Shown: positions 52,243-62,771, numbered from the stretch's first letter. The stretch is 64,000 bases of DNA from Thecamonas trahens ATCC 50062 (GCF_000142905.1 NW_013657614.1:84727-148726), one strand, 5' to 3'. Translations and numbers: made by a program. The notes: generated by a model not told the origin, from the sequence alone.

Positions 52243-54351
52243 TTACCGCTTGCGCGAGGCGTTGAGGGCGAGGTAGGAGAAGATGAGGAAGATCGCCATG
52301 TACACGCCGAGGATGCCCGAGTTGAAACCGATGTTTCCGTCCTCCTCGGCCTCGAACAGATCAAGGACGGCCTGCCCGTTGGGAACAGGGCAGGTGCCGT
52401 TGATGGCCTCGGAGGCGTCGCAGGTGAAGGTGAGGTCCTTGAGCTCGTTGATGAGCACGCCGTTAAAGGCGTACTTCATGAACGAAAAGTAGCGCAGCCA
52501 GCGGATGCCGACCCAGATCGACTCGGGCTTGACGAGGAACGAGGCAAAGAGGGTCGACGGGAGGACAACGCCCGGAGCGAGCGCGTTGGCAGCATCCGAA
52601 TCGCCGGTCGCCGCAGAGAGGAGGAGGCCGAGCCAAGTGCCAAAGAGCGAGAGCTGGTATGCAAAGCCGACAAAGATGAGGAACTTCTCGAGATCGGCCT
52701 GCAGGCCGACCATAAAGTAGACCTGGAAGACGTAGAGGACTAGGTAGAAGGCCTGGAACGGCAGATCGGCAATGACCTTGGCGGCAAGGTACGTGACCGT
52801 GCTGTAGAGGCCGTCCTGTGACTCGCGCATGAACACCGCCCGCTCCGGAATGAAGAGGGTGACAGCAGCCTGCATGCCAGAGAAGACAAGCATGATGGTG
52901 ACGAGGAAGATGAGGCCGGCGCGGTCGAGACCACCAGTCTGTCCGCGGTCGATCTGGTACCAGATGGCAGCAATGAGGAAGCCGAGGATGATCATCTGTC
53001 CGGCGCGGGCCCATGAGGCCTGCTTGTTGCGGACCTGGAGCATAATGTTGCGCTTGACGAGCTGCGCGAGCTTGACGATCGGCGACGGGCGGTGGCCATT
53101 GAACTCGTCGAGATGAAGCGATCCAGCCTGCGAGAGCGAGGCCGACGACGAGTCCGGGACGCCCATGCCGGCTGCGCGTGCGGCGGCAGTGATGGCCTGG
53201 ATGCGCGCGAGCGACGAGGAGGCCGAGGTAGACGCCGACGAGCCGCCGTGAGCCGCCTCGTCGTCGTTCAGCACCAGCGCTGAGCGCGAGAGGATCTCAA
53301 TGGTAAAGTCAGCCGGGTTGAGTCCGCGCGGGCATTCGTAGCCGATGTCCTCCAGGAAGGGGAGGAGGCCGGTGACCTTGCCCGAGTACGCGACCTGGCC
53401 GCCGGCGAGTGCCATGACGTTGTCGAAGACGTGCAACATCTCGTTGGAGGCCTGCGAGACCGAGGCCAGGATGGTCATGTTGTTCTTCTTGGCGAGCTTG
53501 CGGAGGTTGACGATGACGGCCTCGGCAGTGGCGGCGTCGAGGCCTGCGGTGGGATCGTCGACGTACAGGATCTGCGGAGCGGTGATGAGCGACTGGGCGA
53601 TGTTGGCCCGCTTCCGCTCGCCACCGGAGAGGCCGCGCTTGAGGCCAGGGACGCCGACGAGGGTGTCGCCGACCTTGGCGATGCCGAGGACGTTGAGGAC
53701 CGACTCGACACGCTCGTTCCGATCCTCGGCCGACATGGTCGATGGGAGCGAGAGACGGGCGAGGAACTGCAGGTTCTCGCGCGGCGTCGAGTCGGCGAGC
53801 ATGATGTCTTCCTGCTGAACGTAGCCCGAGATGGCCATAACGTCCGACGGATCAAGCTCCATGCCGTTGTACAGCACCGAGCCGGACGACTCGAGCGCCG
53901 ACGGAAGACGACCGGCGAGGACGTCGAGGAGGACCGACTTGCCCGACGACGACGGGCCGAGGAGCATGGTGAGCTCGCCCGGAACAAGCTTCAGCGAGAC
54001 ATTGTCGAGGAGGACGATCTCATCCGTGCCGGGCCGGCCGCGGCACTTGTCAAGCAGCGACTTCTTGGCCGGGACCTTGACGGTGATGTTGGAGGCCTCA
54101 ATGATGACACCGGCGGCACCGCCTGACTCGGCGTCGTAGCCGTAGCCAGCGGAGTCGGCTGATGAGGCCGAGCTCGATGAGGCCGACGAGGCCGACGAGG
54201 CCGACGAAGCCGACGAGGCCGACGAGGCCGACGAGGCCGACGACGCGCTGTCAAGCGGAATGGCTCCGCCGGTGGAGCTCGACGTCGACGTCGACGACTC
54301 TTGCTGCTCCATGACTGCAGAGGCCGCGGAAGGGGCAACACGCAGCGGCAT
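52243..54351 (-). CDS. ABCG half-transporter A (canonical signature; degenerate Walker B and H-loop)
   Basis: NBD-TMD order; GPSSSGKS, YVQQED, LSGGERKR, YVDDPTAG, SVSQAS; ER.VF.RE and six TMs. Alternative start at 54312. Confidence 0.9.
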   Translation of the reverse strand: MPLRVAPSAASAVMEQQESSTSTSSSTGGAIPLDSASSASSASSASSASSASSASSASSSSASSADSAGYGYDAESGGAAGVIIEASNITVKVPAKKSLLDKCRGRPGTDEIVLLDNVSLKLVPGELTMLLGPSSSGKSVLLDVLAGRLPSALESSGSVLYNGMELDPSDVMAISGYVQQEDIMLADSTPRENLQFLARLSLPSTMSAEDRNERVESVLNVLGIAKVGDTLVGVPGLKRGLSGGERKRANIAQSLITAPQILYVDDPTAGLDAATAEAVIVNLRKLAKKNNMTILASVSQASNEMLHVFDNVMALAGGQVAYSGKVTGLLPFLEDIGYECPRGLNPADFTIEILSRSALVLNDDEAAHGGSSASTSASSSLARIQAITAAARAAGMGVPDSSSASLSQAGSLHLDEFNGHRPSPIVKLAQLVKRNIMLQVRNKQASWARAGQMIILGFLIAAIWYQIDRGQTGGLDRAGLIFLVTIMLVFSGMQAAVTLFIPERAVFMRESQDGLYSTVTYLAAKVIADLPFQAFYLVLYVFQVYFMVGLQADLEKFLIFVGFAYQLSLFGTWLGLLLSAATGDSDAANALAPGVVLPSTLFASFLVKPESIWVGIRWLRYFSFMKYAFNGVLINELKDLTFTCDASEAINGTCPVPNGQAVLDLFEAEEDGNIGFNSGILGVYMAIFLIFSYLALNASRKR

Positions 54352-54847
54352 GAGAAGATAGAGAGAATGTGCGATGTGACGTGGCGAAGGTGGCGGAGGG
54401 TGCGGATAACGGGGGTGAGTTTTGTGCTGCGCTCGCGTCATTGGCAGCCAACCCTCCGCCGGTTTGCCGATTCGCCGCCTTGTCCCGCAAGTCCACTCAT
54501 AAGCACTGTCCAGGCAAGATAGGCGACAGCTAGGATGATGTAACACTGGAACTAGATAGACCCAAGGTTGCGCTTTCTAGCAGTCTCACTATCAGTATAT
54601 TCCTAGGCTGCATGGCTATGGTAGGGGCTGTGACAAGTTTCGCCGCCTTCTCCCGCAAGCGTGCTCAAATGGCCAATTTGTCGCGTTGCGGCAAGCGACC
54701 GATTGCGGTACAAAAGGTGAGGAATTGCGGGTCGCGGCGGGTGTGGCGGGAAAGGCACAGACCATTTCCCTCGAGCAGCAACCAGGTTGTGTGCGCTTGT
54801 AGTGACAAAGGCTTTCTGAGACTCTCTTGACATCGACGTTACTTCCC
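54352..54847. promoter_or_regulatory. Putative bidirectional promoter of the ABCG pair
   Basis: About 500 bp of lower-GC DNA between divergent ATGs. Confidence 0.5.
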
Positions 54848-56806
54848 ATGTCATCTACTTCGTACACGAGCTCGTCGGCTGACTCTGCTGCAAGCGGTCC
54901 AGCGAGCGGCAGTGAGTCGGACTCGTACACGTTTGTGACAGCTGGCTCAAGCAATGAGAACGACGAGGAGATTGTGCTCGAGTTTAACAACATCAAGGTG
55001 TGGGTGGAGAACTTCAAGGCGACCAAGGCCGATGGCTCGACCGAGGTCATCAAGCGGCGCGACATTCTCCGCGGCGTGTCAGGCAAGGTCGAGTCGGGCC
55101 AGATGACGATGCTGATGGGGGCGAGTGGGGCGGGCAAGACCACGCTGTTCAACGTCCTTGCCGGGCGGGCGCACACGGTCGAGTCCTCGGGCTCGATCTT
55201 GGTCAATGGAAAGCACTTTGGCCTCGCCGAGTTCCAGGAGATCTCGGCGTACGTGACGCAGGACGCGACGTTCCTCAACTCGATGACACCGGACGACATT
55301 CTGGGCTTCCGCGCCAACATGCTCCTTCCGTACTCGATGTCTGCCGAGGAAAAGCAGGCGCGGGTTGACGACGTCATCGAGCTGCTCGGCCTGGAGGAGG
55401 TGCGCAACGTGCGGCTCGGCGAGCCGGGCGTCTCAGCGCGTGGCCTCAACTTTGTCCAGCGCAAGAAGCTCAACGTCGCGGCGGCGCTGCTGGTCAAGCC
55501 GCGGATCCTGTTTGTGGACGAGCCGACGACCGGCCTGGACGCCGCGATGGCCAAGTCGGTCATGCTCTCGCTGCAGCGGGTGGCCAACTCGCGGAAGCTC
55601 GTCGTCTTCTGCACCATTCATCAGCCGTCGGTCTTTGTGTACAACCTCTTTGACCAGGCGCTCATCATGGCGCTGGGACAGATTGCGTACTCGGGCTCGG
55701 TCGACAACATTGTGCCCCACCTCGACAAGCTCGGCTACGAGTGCGACGAGTTCAAGAACCCAGCGGACCACGTGATCCAGGTGCTCGACTCGCGTGACGG
55801 CGACGAGAAGCGGGTTCAGAAGCTTATCGATGCATACCACGCCGACGCCTCGTCGTCGTCGTCGTATGCCGGGCCCAGCGAAGTTGTTGCCGAGATCAAC
55901 GACGACGGTGCGCCGATGACGCGATCCGATCGCATTCCGTGGTACGGGCGGATGTATCAGCTGACGAAGCGTGCGCTCAAGGTGACGCTGTACAACGACA
56001 AGGCGCTCAAGGCGTCTGTGGGCCAGGCCATTGTCTTTGGCATCCTCATCGGCATCATCTACTCGCTCGACAACTCACAGGCCGGCGCGACTGATCGCGT
56101 CGGGCTGCTCTTCCTCACCACGACCAACGCAATCTTCCTCTCGCTGCAGGGCTCGGTCTTTGTGCTCATCGCCGAGCGTGCGGTCTTCCTCCGCGAGGTG
56201 GCTGACGGCATCTACTCGATGCCTGCCTACCTGGTGAGCAAGGTGGCGTCGGATCTTCCGTTCCAGGTCCTGTACCAGCTCCTCTTCTCGGTCATCGTCT
56301 ACTTTACCACCGGCCTGCAGCAGTCGCTCGGTCGGTTCCTCATCTTTGTTCTTGTCCAGTCGCTCGTGGCACTCGTCGGCTCGAACCTCGGCCTCGTCCT
56401 CTCGGCCTTTACCGGCGACGCGGCGACGTCGACCGCGCTCGCGCCGGTCATCATCGCTCCGTCGATGATGACGGCCGGTGTGCTCATCTCGACTGAGGCC
56501 ATCCCGGTCTTCCTCCGCTGGCTCAAGCACGTCTCGATCCTCCGCTACGCCTTTACCGCCCTCCTCCTCAACGAGGCCGAGGACGCGCTCGTCTTCCATT
56601 GCACGCCCGAGCTGCAGCTGCCCAACGGCCTCTGCCCCATCAACACTGGCAACGAGCTCATCGCCCAGCGCAATGCCAACCAGGAGCCGACCGGCATCTG
56701 GTCGCGGGTCTTTATCCTTGTCGGCTTCTACGTCTTTACCGTCTTTGTTGCCTACCTCGGCCTCCTCTTCTCTGTCCGCAACCAGCGGAAGACCAAGCGG
56801 TCGTGA
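54848..56806 (+). CDS. ABCG half-transporter B (canonical Walker A/B and H-loop; degenerate signature)
   Basis: GASGAGKTT, YVTQD, GLNFVQRKK in place of LSGGE, FVDEPTTG, TIHQPS; ER.VF.RE and six TMs. Confidence 0.9.
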   Translation: MSSTSYTSSSADSAASGPASGSESDSYTFVTAGSSNENDEEIVLEFNNIKVWVENFKATKADGSTEVIKRRDILRGVSGKVESGQMTMLMGASGAGKTTLFNVLAGRAHTVESSGSILVNGKHFGLAEFQEISAYVTQDATFLNSMTPDDILGFRANMLLPYSMSAEEKQARVDDVIELLGLEEVRNVRLGEPGVSARGLNFVQRKKLNVAAALLVKPRILFVDEPTTGLDAAMAKSVMLSLQRVANSRKLVVFCTIHQPSVFVYNLFDQALIMALGQIAYSGSVDNIVPHLDKLGYECDEFKNPADHVIQVLDSRDGDEKRVQKLIDAYHADASSSSSYAGPSEVVAEINDDGAPMTRSDRIPWYGRMYQLTKRALKVTLYNDKALKASVGQAIVFGILIGIIYSLDNSQAGATDRVGLLFLTTTNAIFLSLQGSVFVLIAERAVFLREVADGIYSMPAYLVSKVASDLPFQVLYQLLFSVIVYFTTGLQQSLGRFLIFVLVQSLVALVGSNLGLVLSAFTGDAATSTALAPVIIAPSMMTAGVLISTEAIPVFLRWLKHVSILRYAFTALLLNEAEDALVFHCTPELQLPNGLCPINTGNELIAQRNANQEPTGIWSRVFILVGFYVFTVFVAYLGLLFSVRNQRKTKRS

Positions 56807-57091
56807 TTAACACATATCACAATGTGGCGATGTATTATCCCTTTGTGTCACCGGTTGCAGCTTGCTGCGATTGCAGATGAAATGGTGTTCATCGGTGCCG
56901 CATGGCTTGCTGCCGTGCCTTTTCCCCCCCTCGAGTCTGATTGGGTACCCGTCCAGCCGCCGGCGCCGCCGGTGCCACCGATGCTGGCAGGCAGGAAGCC
57001 AAGCCAGCCAGCCTGCCTGCCTGCCTGCCAGCCGGCTTCGTCCACCGCACCACTCACCACTCTGTCAGCCACCTATCTCCAGACACCTATC

Positions 57092-58249
57092 ATGCTCCGG
57101 GTGTGCGTGCGGCAGGTACGGGCCATGGGCGGGACAATGTCTGTCTCGGGCCTTTCATCCCTCACCGCCTTTGAACAGGCGGTTGGCCAGACGCCGCTGC
57201 TCCGGCTGCGCGGCGCGTCTGAGGCTGCCGGCTGCAACGTGTACGCCAAGGCCGAGTACGCCAATCCAGGTGGTTCGGTCAAGGACCGCCCGGCCCTGTC
57301 GATGATCTTGGGTGCAGAGCGTGACGGGCATCTGGTGCGTGGCGAGGAGGGTGTTATCGTCGAAGGCACTGCCGGTAACACAGGCATCGGCCTCGCCCTG
57401 GCCGGCCGGGCTCTCGGCTACAAGGTTCTCATCTGCATCGCGTCGAGCCAGTCACAGGAGAAGAAGGACATGCTGCGTTGGGCTGGTGCCGAGCTCGTCG
57501 AGGTTCCGCCGGTCCCCTACGCAGATCCGAACAACTACGTCCACGTTGCTGCACGCCTCGCCGACGCCATCGCCAACAAGCTCCCGGTCAACTCGTTCTA
57601 CGCCAACCAGTGGGACAACCTCGACAATCGCGCCGCCCACGCGTCCACCACTGGGCCCGAAATCATGCGCCAGATTGCCGACGCCGAGCGGTCGCGTGAC
57701 GGCGAGCCCGGTGTTGTCACCGCCTTCTCTGCTGCTATGGGCACCGGCGGCACGCTCACGGGCGTCGCCGAAGCCCTGCGCGCCGCCAACCCGCACGTCC
57801 ACATTGCCCTCACTGACCCACACGGCGCAGGTCTCTACCGCTACTACACAGAGGGCGAACTCAAGGCGGTCGGCTCGTCCATCTCCGAGGGCATCGGCCA
57901 GAACCGCATCACAGGTAACATGGTCGGCTTTGAGCCGGACGCCGCCCACGAGATCTCCGACGCAGACATGATGCTCGCGCTTGAGATTTTGCAGAGCTGC
58001 GACGGCCTTGCCATGGGCACCTCGTCCGGCATTAACGTCGCCGGCGCCATCCAAGTCGGCCGCGAGCTCGGTCCGGATGCCAACGTCGTCACCATCCTCT
58101 GCGACGTCGGCGCTCGCTACGCTGGCAAGCTCTACTCGCCCAACTTTCTTCGCTCGGTCTCGCTCACTCCGCCCCCCTGGATTGATGAGGACGACGCAGG
58201 CCTTGGCCCGCCGTGGTCGGATCTCCTTGCCGACGTCCTTGCCCAGTAG
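57092..58249 (+). CDS. cysK: Cysteine synthase (O-acetylserine thiol-lyase family, PLP-dependent)
   Basis: KAEYANPGGSVKDR (PLP Lys), EGTAGNTG, NQWDN..N, GTGGT, EGIG, SSG.N, VTILCD; possible mitochondrial presequence MLRVCVRQVR. Confidence 0.9.
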   Translation: MLRVCVRQVRAMGGTMSVSGLSSLTAFEQAVGQTPLLRLRGASEAAGCNVYAKAEYANPGGSVKDRPALSMILGAERDGHLVRGEEGVIVEGTAGNTGIGLALAGRALGYKVLICIASSQSQEKKDMLRWAGAELVEVPPVPYADPNNYVHVAARLADAIANKLPVNSFYANQWDNLDNRAAHASTTGPEIMRQIADAERSRDGEPGVVTAFSAAMGTGGTLTGVAEALRAANPHVHIALTDPHGAGLYRYYTEGELKAVGSSISEGIGQNRITGNMVGFEPDAAHEISDADMMLALEILQSCDGLAMGTSSGINVAGAIQVGRELGPDANVVTILCDVGARYAGKLYSPNFLRSVSLTPPPWIDEDDAGLGPPWSDLLADVLAQ

Positions 58250-58345
58250 CGGGTGTGGAGCAGTAAACGCGTTGTCAGTCAAGAACACCGCTCTCCAGCA
58301 CATTGTCCTAGGTGAAGACGTGACTGTTGCCCGCCCAGGCAAGCA

Positions 58346-59182
58346 ATGCGGGCGTCCCAGACCAAGATCGGATTCATGCTGCGATCAGCGGCGCGCGATG
58401 GCGACTGCGAGGCCTTCCTCTTCCTCTGGCAGCAAGCCGGCGCGGCGGCGCAAACACTGCGATATCCGCGCGACGAGGGCCCGCTGTTTCCGGCGCTTGC
58501 CTCACGACACGATGCGATGATTGACATGCTCCTTGCGCCGCCGATCTGCGCCTCGGCGACCAACGCGTCGGCAACCTCGGGCTCGACCCCGCTGCACTGG
58601 GCGGCGGCGGCGGGCTATCTGTACGGCGTGCGGCAGCTGCTCGCCGCGGGCGCCGACGTTTACGCGGCCAATGCCGCCGGCGACACGCCGTACGACGTCC
58701 TCGGCTCGTTTGCGGCCGACGAGGGCTATGACGCCGACGGACACCTTTCGCTGGAGGCTGCAGGTGTGGCTATGCTCATCCACACCGCCGCCGCAGCCCG
58801 TGCTCGCGGCTGGTCGCCCGCCCGCCACCGGCACTTTCCGGCTGCCACCCGTGCCGCCATCTGGACCGCACTCGTCATCGCCAAGGCAAGCACTCTCGGG
58901 ACAAATCCTGCCCAGGGCACACCCGGCGAGCGGCGTCCGAGCTATGCTGCCCACTGCTGTCTCTACAAGCTCCCGAACGAGCTGCTGCATCTCATCTTTC
59001 GCTTTGTCGCCGCCGCCCCCATGGACGCCGACCCGTCCCGGTTCCCCGCCCCGGACATGTACCCGCCGCAAATGCTGGCCATGATGCTGGACCCTGTGGA
59101 AGCCGCTGATGATGACGCTGTCGATCGCGCCCAGATTCTGGCCATGATTGAGGCCTCGGACAGCTCTACAGAGGACAGCTGA
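58346..59182 (+). CDS. Ankyrin-repeat protein with C-terminal F-box-like motif
   Basis: TPLHWAAAAG...LLAAGADV...GDTP; WSPARH..FP...R; LYKLPNELLHLIFRFV. Confidence 0.7.
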   Translation: MRASQTKIGFMLRSAARDGDCEAFLFLWQQAGAAAQTLRYPRDEGPLFPALASRHDAMIDMLLAPPICASATNASATSGSTPLHWAAAAGYLYGVRQLLAAGADVYAANAAGDTPYDVLGSFAADEGYDADGHLSLEAAGVAMLIHTAAAARARGWSPARHRHFPAATRAAIWTALVIAKASTLGTNPAQGTPGERRPSYAAHCCLYKLPNELLHLIFRFVAAAPMDADPSRFPAPDMYPPQMLAMMLDPVEAADDDAVDRAQILAMIEASDSSTEDS

Positions 59183-59335
59183 CCGGAATCCGGATGTGGG
59201 CGATGATGACGATAGTGGGCGATGGCGACAACTGCAGCCGTTGGCTTGAGATCCCGGCTCATCAAGCCGGCCAATTGGGGTATCTATCCGATCGAGTGGT
59301 CCACTTCCAACAGGTTGGTCAGGGAGGTTGATCCA

Positions 59336-59742
59336 GTGGTGGCACCCGAGTAGTGGCACCCCATCGCGTCGTGGTACCCCATCGAGTCATGGCACCCCAT
59401 CGAGTCGTGGCACCCGAGTGGTGGCACCACCCGATCGAGTCGTGGCACCCTATCGAGTCGTGGCACCCCAACGAGTCGTGGCACCCGAGTAGTGGCACCC
59501 CAACGAGTCGTGGCACCCTATCGAGTCGTGGCACCCCATCGAGTCGTGGCACCCGAGTAGTGGCACCACCCGATCGAGTCGTGGCACCCTATCGAGTCGT
59601 GGCACCCCATCAAGTCGTGGCACCCGAGTAGTGGCACCACCCGATCGAGTCGTGGCACCACTCCATCGTGTCGTGGCTCTCGATCCAGTCATGACATCAC
59701 CCCATCGTGTAGTGGCTCCCGATCTAGTCGTGGCACCACGAG
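59336..59742. repeat. Minisatellite with GTGGCACC core (14/18/21-bp units, about 19 intact copies plus a degenerate tail)
   Basis: The core is separated by cgagt[a/g], c[c/t]a[t/a]cgagtc or acccgatcgagtc. Confidence 0.9.
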
Positions 59743-60060
59743 TGCGACGGCCAACCGAGTGGATCGAGGCCATCGACAGGCAAGTGGCATGAGGGCAACG
59801 GGGCGAGACGGAACGGGACGGAGGGAGGGAAGGGGGGGTAGAGAGGCACACCGCACGCGCACCGAGAGGACGGACGTGGCGAGGAACAAGTAGGACACAA
59901 AGTGGGAGTGCGTAGAGGGCGTAGAGGAGGCACGTCCGGGCACCGACGAGGTCGGGCAGCAGCAGGACCAGCACCAGGACCAGCACCAGGTGGTGGTGGT
60001 GGTGGTGCGGCAGGAGAACGTATCGCTGGAGGTGTGCGGACGGAAAGAGACAGCAGACGG

Positions 60061-61233
60061 ATGCGGACAAACAACCGAAAAGGTGGAGCTGGTGGAGGTG
60101 GCAGTGGCGGCGCTGTCGGTGGTAGTGGTGGCGCTGTCGGTGGTCGCGGCTGGCTGGAGGAGAGCGGCTGGTGGGCAAGGGTGCTTGCCAATCCGGCAAA
60201 GTATGGCGCCCTGGTTGTTCTCATCTTTCAGAACTCGGCGTTGGTTCTACTGATGCGATCATCGCGGACTGCGAGTGTGGCCAACGGCGAGCGGCGGTAC
60301 CTGACGACGACCGCTGTAGTGTGCATGGAGTTTCTCAAGCTTGTGGCATCGCTGGCCATTCTCTGGATCCAGGAGGGCTCACTGGAGCGGGTCGGCAAGC
60401 TCTTGCACACGGAAATCGTCATCAACTACACGTCGACGCTGGTCATGGCAATTCCGTCGCTGCTGTACGTGCTGCAAAACAACTTGCTGTACATAGCCGT
60501 TGCCAATCTGGAGCCGGGCACGTACCAGGTGACGTATCAACTCAAGATCCTAACGACGGTCATCTTCTCGGTCGCCATGTTTGGCACGCGCATCTCGATG
60601 ATCAAGGCGGCGTCGCTAGCGTTGCTGATAGTGGGTGTGGCTCTTGTGCAGACTGCAGCGCTGCCCGCAGCGCCCGAAGCAACGCCGGCGCCTGATGCGC
60701 CGACGACGGCACCGCAGGCGCGACTCCTCGGCTTGTTCACTGTCATCTGCGCGTGCTTCACCTCGGGCTTTGCTGGCGTCTACTTTGAGAAGATCCTCAA
60801 GGGCCGCGGCAAGCAGACGACCGCGCCGTGGTCGATCTGGATCAAGAACATCCAGTTTGCCATGTTTGGTATTGTGCTCGGCCTCGCGGCGGTGGTCACC
60901 CGCGACGGCGACCTTGTGGCCCAGCACGGGTTCTTCCAGGGCTACAACTCAACGGTGGCGGCGGTTATTTTCTTCCAGGGTCTTGGCGGCCTCACTGTGG
61001 CACTTGTTGTGAAGTACGCCGACTCGATTGTCAAGGGCTACGCGGCGTCGGTCTCCATTGTGGTCTCGTCGTCGCTCTCGATCTGGCTCTTTGGCAATGT
61101 GCCATCGGGCCAGTTTGTGCTGGGCGCGGCCTTTGTCATTGCCGCTGTGTATTTGTACTCGCTGCCAGCCGCCGACGAGCGGCCGAGCTCACCGCCGGCG
61201 CCGCGCTCGCCGCCGCGCAACCTCGAGGTGTAG
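60061..61233 (+). CDS. SLC35A-family nucleotide-sugar transporter (UDP-Gal/UDP-GlcNAc/CMP-Sia type)
   Basis: KYGALVVLIFQN, Y...TAV...E..K, PS.LY..QNNL.Y, YQV.YQLKILTT, SGFAGVYFEKILK, VVKYAD.I.K. Confidence 0.9.
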   Translation: MRTNNRKGGAGGGGSGGAVGGSGGAVGGRGWLEESGWWARVLANPAKYGALVVLIFQNSALVLLMRSSRTASVANGERRYLTTTAVVCMEFLKLVASLAILWIQEGSLERVGKLLHTEIVINYTSTLVMAIPSLLYVLQNNLLYIAVANLEPGTYQVTYQLKILTTVIFSVAMFGTRISMIKAASLALLIVGVALVQTAALPAAPEATPAPDAPTTAPQARLLGLFTVICACFTSGFAGVYFEKILKGRGKQTTAPWSIWIKNIQFAMFGIVLGLAAVVTRDGDLVAQHGFFQGYNSTVAAVIFFQGLGGLTVALVVKYADSIVKGYAASVSIVVSSSLSIWLFGNVPSGQFVLGAAFVIAAVYLYSLPAADERPSSPPAPRSPPRNLEV

Positions 61234-61315
61234 CGCCAGGCGTGGCTTTGCCTCTGCCGCGTAAGCAGTAGCAGAAACAAAAAGAAATGCGGAAACAGTG
61301 CCCGGTAGTCATGTT

Positions 61316-61389
61316 GCCGTTGTGGCCCAGCTGGTTAGGGCATCTCCTTCCTAAGGAGAGGATCGGGGGTTCGAATCCCTCCAACGGTT
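61316..61389 (+). tRNA. tRNA-Arg(CCT)
   Basis: Acceptor GCCGTTG/CAACGGT; D-loop AGCTGGTTA; anticodon arm TCTCC-TTCCTAA-GGAGA; GGTTCGAATCC T-arm. Confidence 0.95.
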
Positions 61390-61396
61390 GACAGTC

Positions 61397-61404
61397 TTTT
61401 TTTT
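61397..61404 (+). terminator. RNA Pol III T-tract terminator
   Basis: T8 run 7 nt after the tRNA. Confidence 0.85.
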
Positions 61405-61506
61405 GCCCAGCTGTTGTCCCTCCCTGCTCCCCACCACACCCATACACCCCCATGCATGTACATACATGCATACATACATACATGTACGCCAACTACACAT
61501 TTACAA

Positions 61507-62771
61507 TCATACCGGTACGTCTTCGATGCGATACACAAGTGGAAAGGCAGCGGGCGGGCTTCGAGAGTCGCCATCAGCTTCGTCGTCGCCGCTCTCGCTG
61601 CCGCCGTCATCGCCGCGGCGGGCAGCCTCGAGCTCGGCCTCCCACGCCTTGCGGGCGGCGAGGGCGGTGAGATACGCCGAGGCAAAGGCAAAGCCAGAGG
61701 TAGTTAGCTGAGTAAAGGCAAGGTCGGTGAGTGGATCGAGGACGGCTGGCGCGGCAAAGTTGGTGCAGACGGCTGAGAGTAGCGCGGCCATGAGCCCGCG
61801 GCGGCGGTGGGAGGGCGAGGTCCACATGCGCGAGATGCCAGCAACAACCCGACGCGGAGCAGCAAGGTCGTAGTGGGAAGCGTCAGTGGCGCGGTAGCCG
61901 GTGGCGATCCGCTCGACAAGAGCGAGCGCGACCGCGCGTGGCTTGGACTCGTCGGTGACGAGGAAGAGCTGGTAGTGGTCGACCGGGCGCGGCGAGGCGC
62001 GGACGGCTTGAAGCTGGGCGTCGACAAAGGCCATGGCTTTGGCGGCCCAGGCAGGGGCCTTGCCGCGGCGGAGGCGAGCACAGCGGACACCGGCCGGGCT
62101 CGAGGGTGGCAGCAGCTCCAGGGCGGCCGCCGGTGGGAGCGGGAGGCCGTCAAGCTTGGCCTCGGCCACGCGTTTGGCATGGCGGCGGGCGTGCAGCGCA
62201 TCCTCCTCGGGCATGCCGGGCGTGTACATCATGGCGCAGACCTCACACCAAGTGGCAGAGAAGTCGTCCTGGCCCAGATCAAGATACGACTGGCGAGCCT
62301 TGGGCGGCGGGCGCTGGCGCGAGGGAGTCGTCTCGCCTTCGCGCTTGCGCTTGCGGCGGCGGGCGAGCGGGACAAGATGAGCAGCGATGGAGCCGGGCGT
62401 CGGATCCGACGCCGTCCGTCCCAGCGACGGTGACCGACCTCCGCTCCGTCCACCACCGGCCGGCGACGCCGGGAGCGAGACCTGGCGCGGGAGCGGGCGC
62501 GGGAGCGAGAGCGAGAGCGTCAGCGGCGAAGACGTGTCCGACTTGCGCCGCGAGTACGTCGCACGCTTGCCGCCCGTGGGCGACCGCGTTCGCCACGCCT
62601 TGACCTTGGCAGCAGCCGCGGCGGTGGGAGACCGAGTCGAAGCGGACGGTAGCGGCGGCGAGTCTACGACCTTTTCCGGAGGACAGGGCGCTCGAGGCGG
62701 AGACGGAGGCGGGGACTCTGGCACACGCAAAGGGGTGAAAAAGAGGCAATGCCCTTGCTACTCACTGCCAT
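61507..62771 (-). CDS. ESCO: Eco1/ESCO cohesin acetyltransferase
   Basis: PIP-like QSYLDLGQ, CEVCAMMY...D..LH...H finger, GISRMW..SHRRRG, LAFTQLTTSG. The likely ATG at 62771 (gccgccATGG) is followed by GTGAGT, implying a short first intron. Confidence 0.85.

Noticed and set aside
57092-58249. Cysteine synthase as part of the ATP-grasp/glutathione cluster
   Set aside because: It lies over 40 kb away with many unrelated genes in between.
59336-59742. CRISPR array
   Set aside because: The core is only 8 bp, the spacers are short and themselves repeated, there are no cas genes, and the context is eukaryotic.
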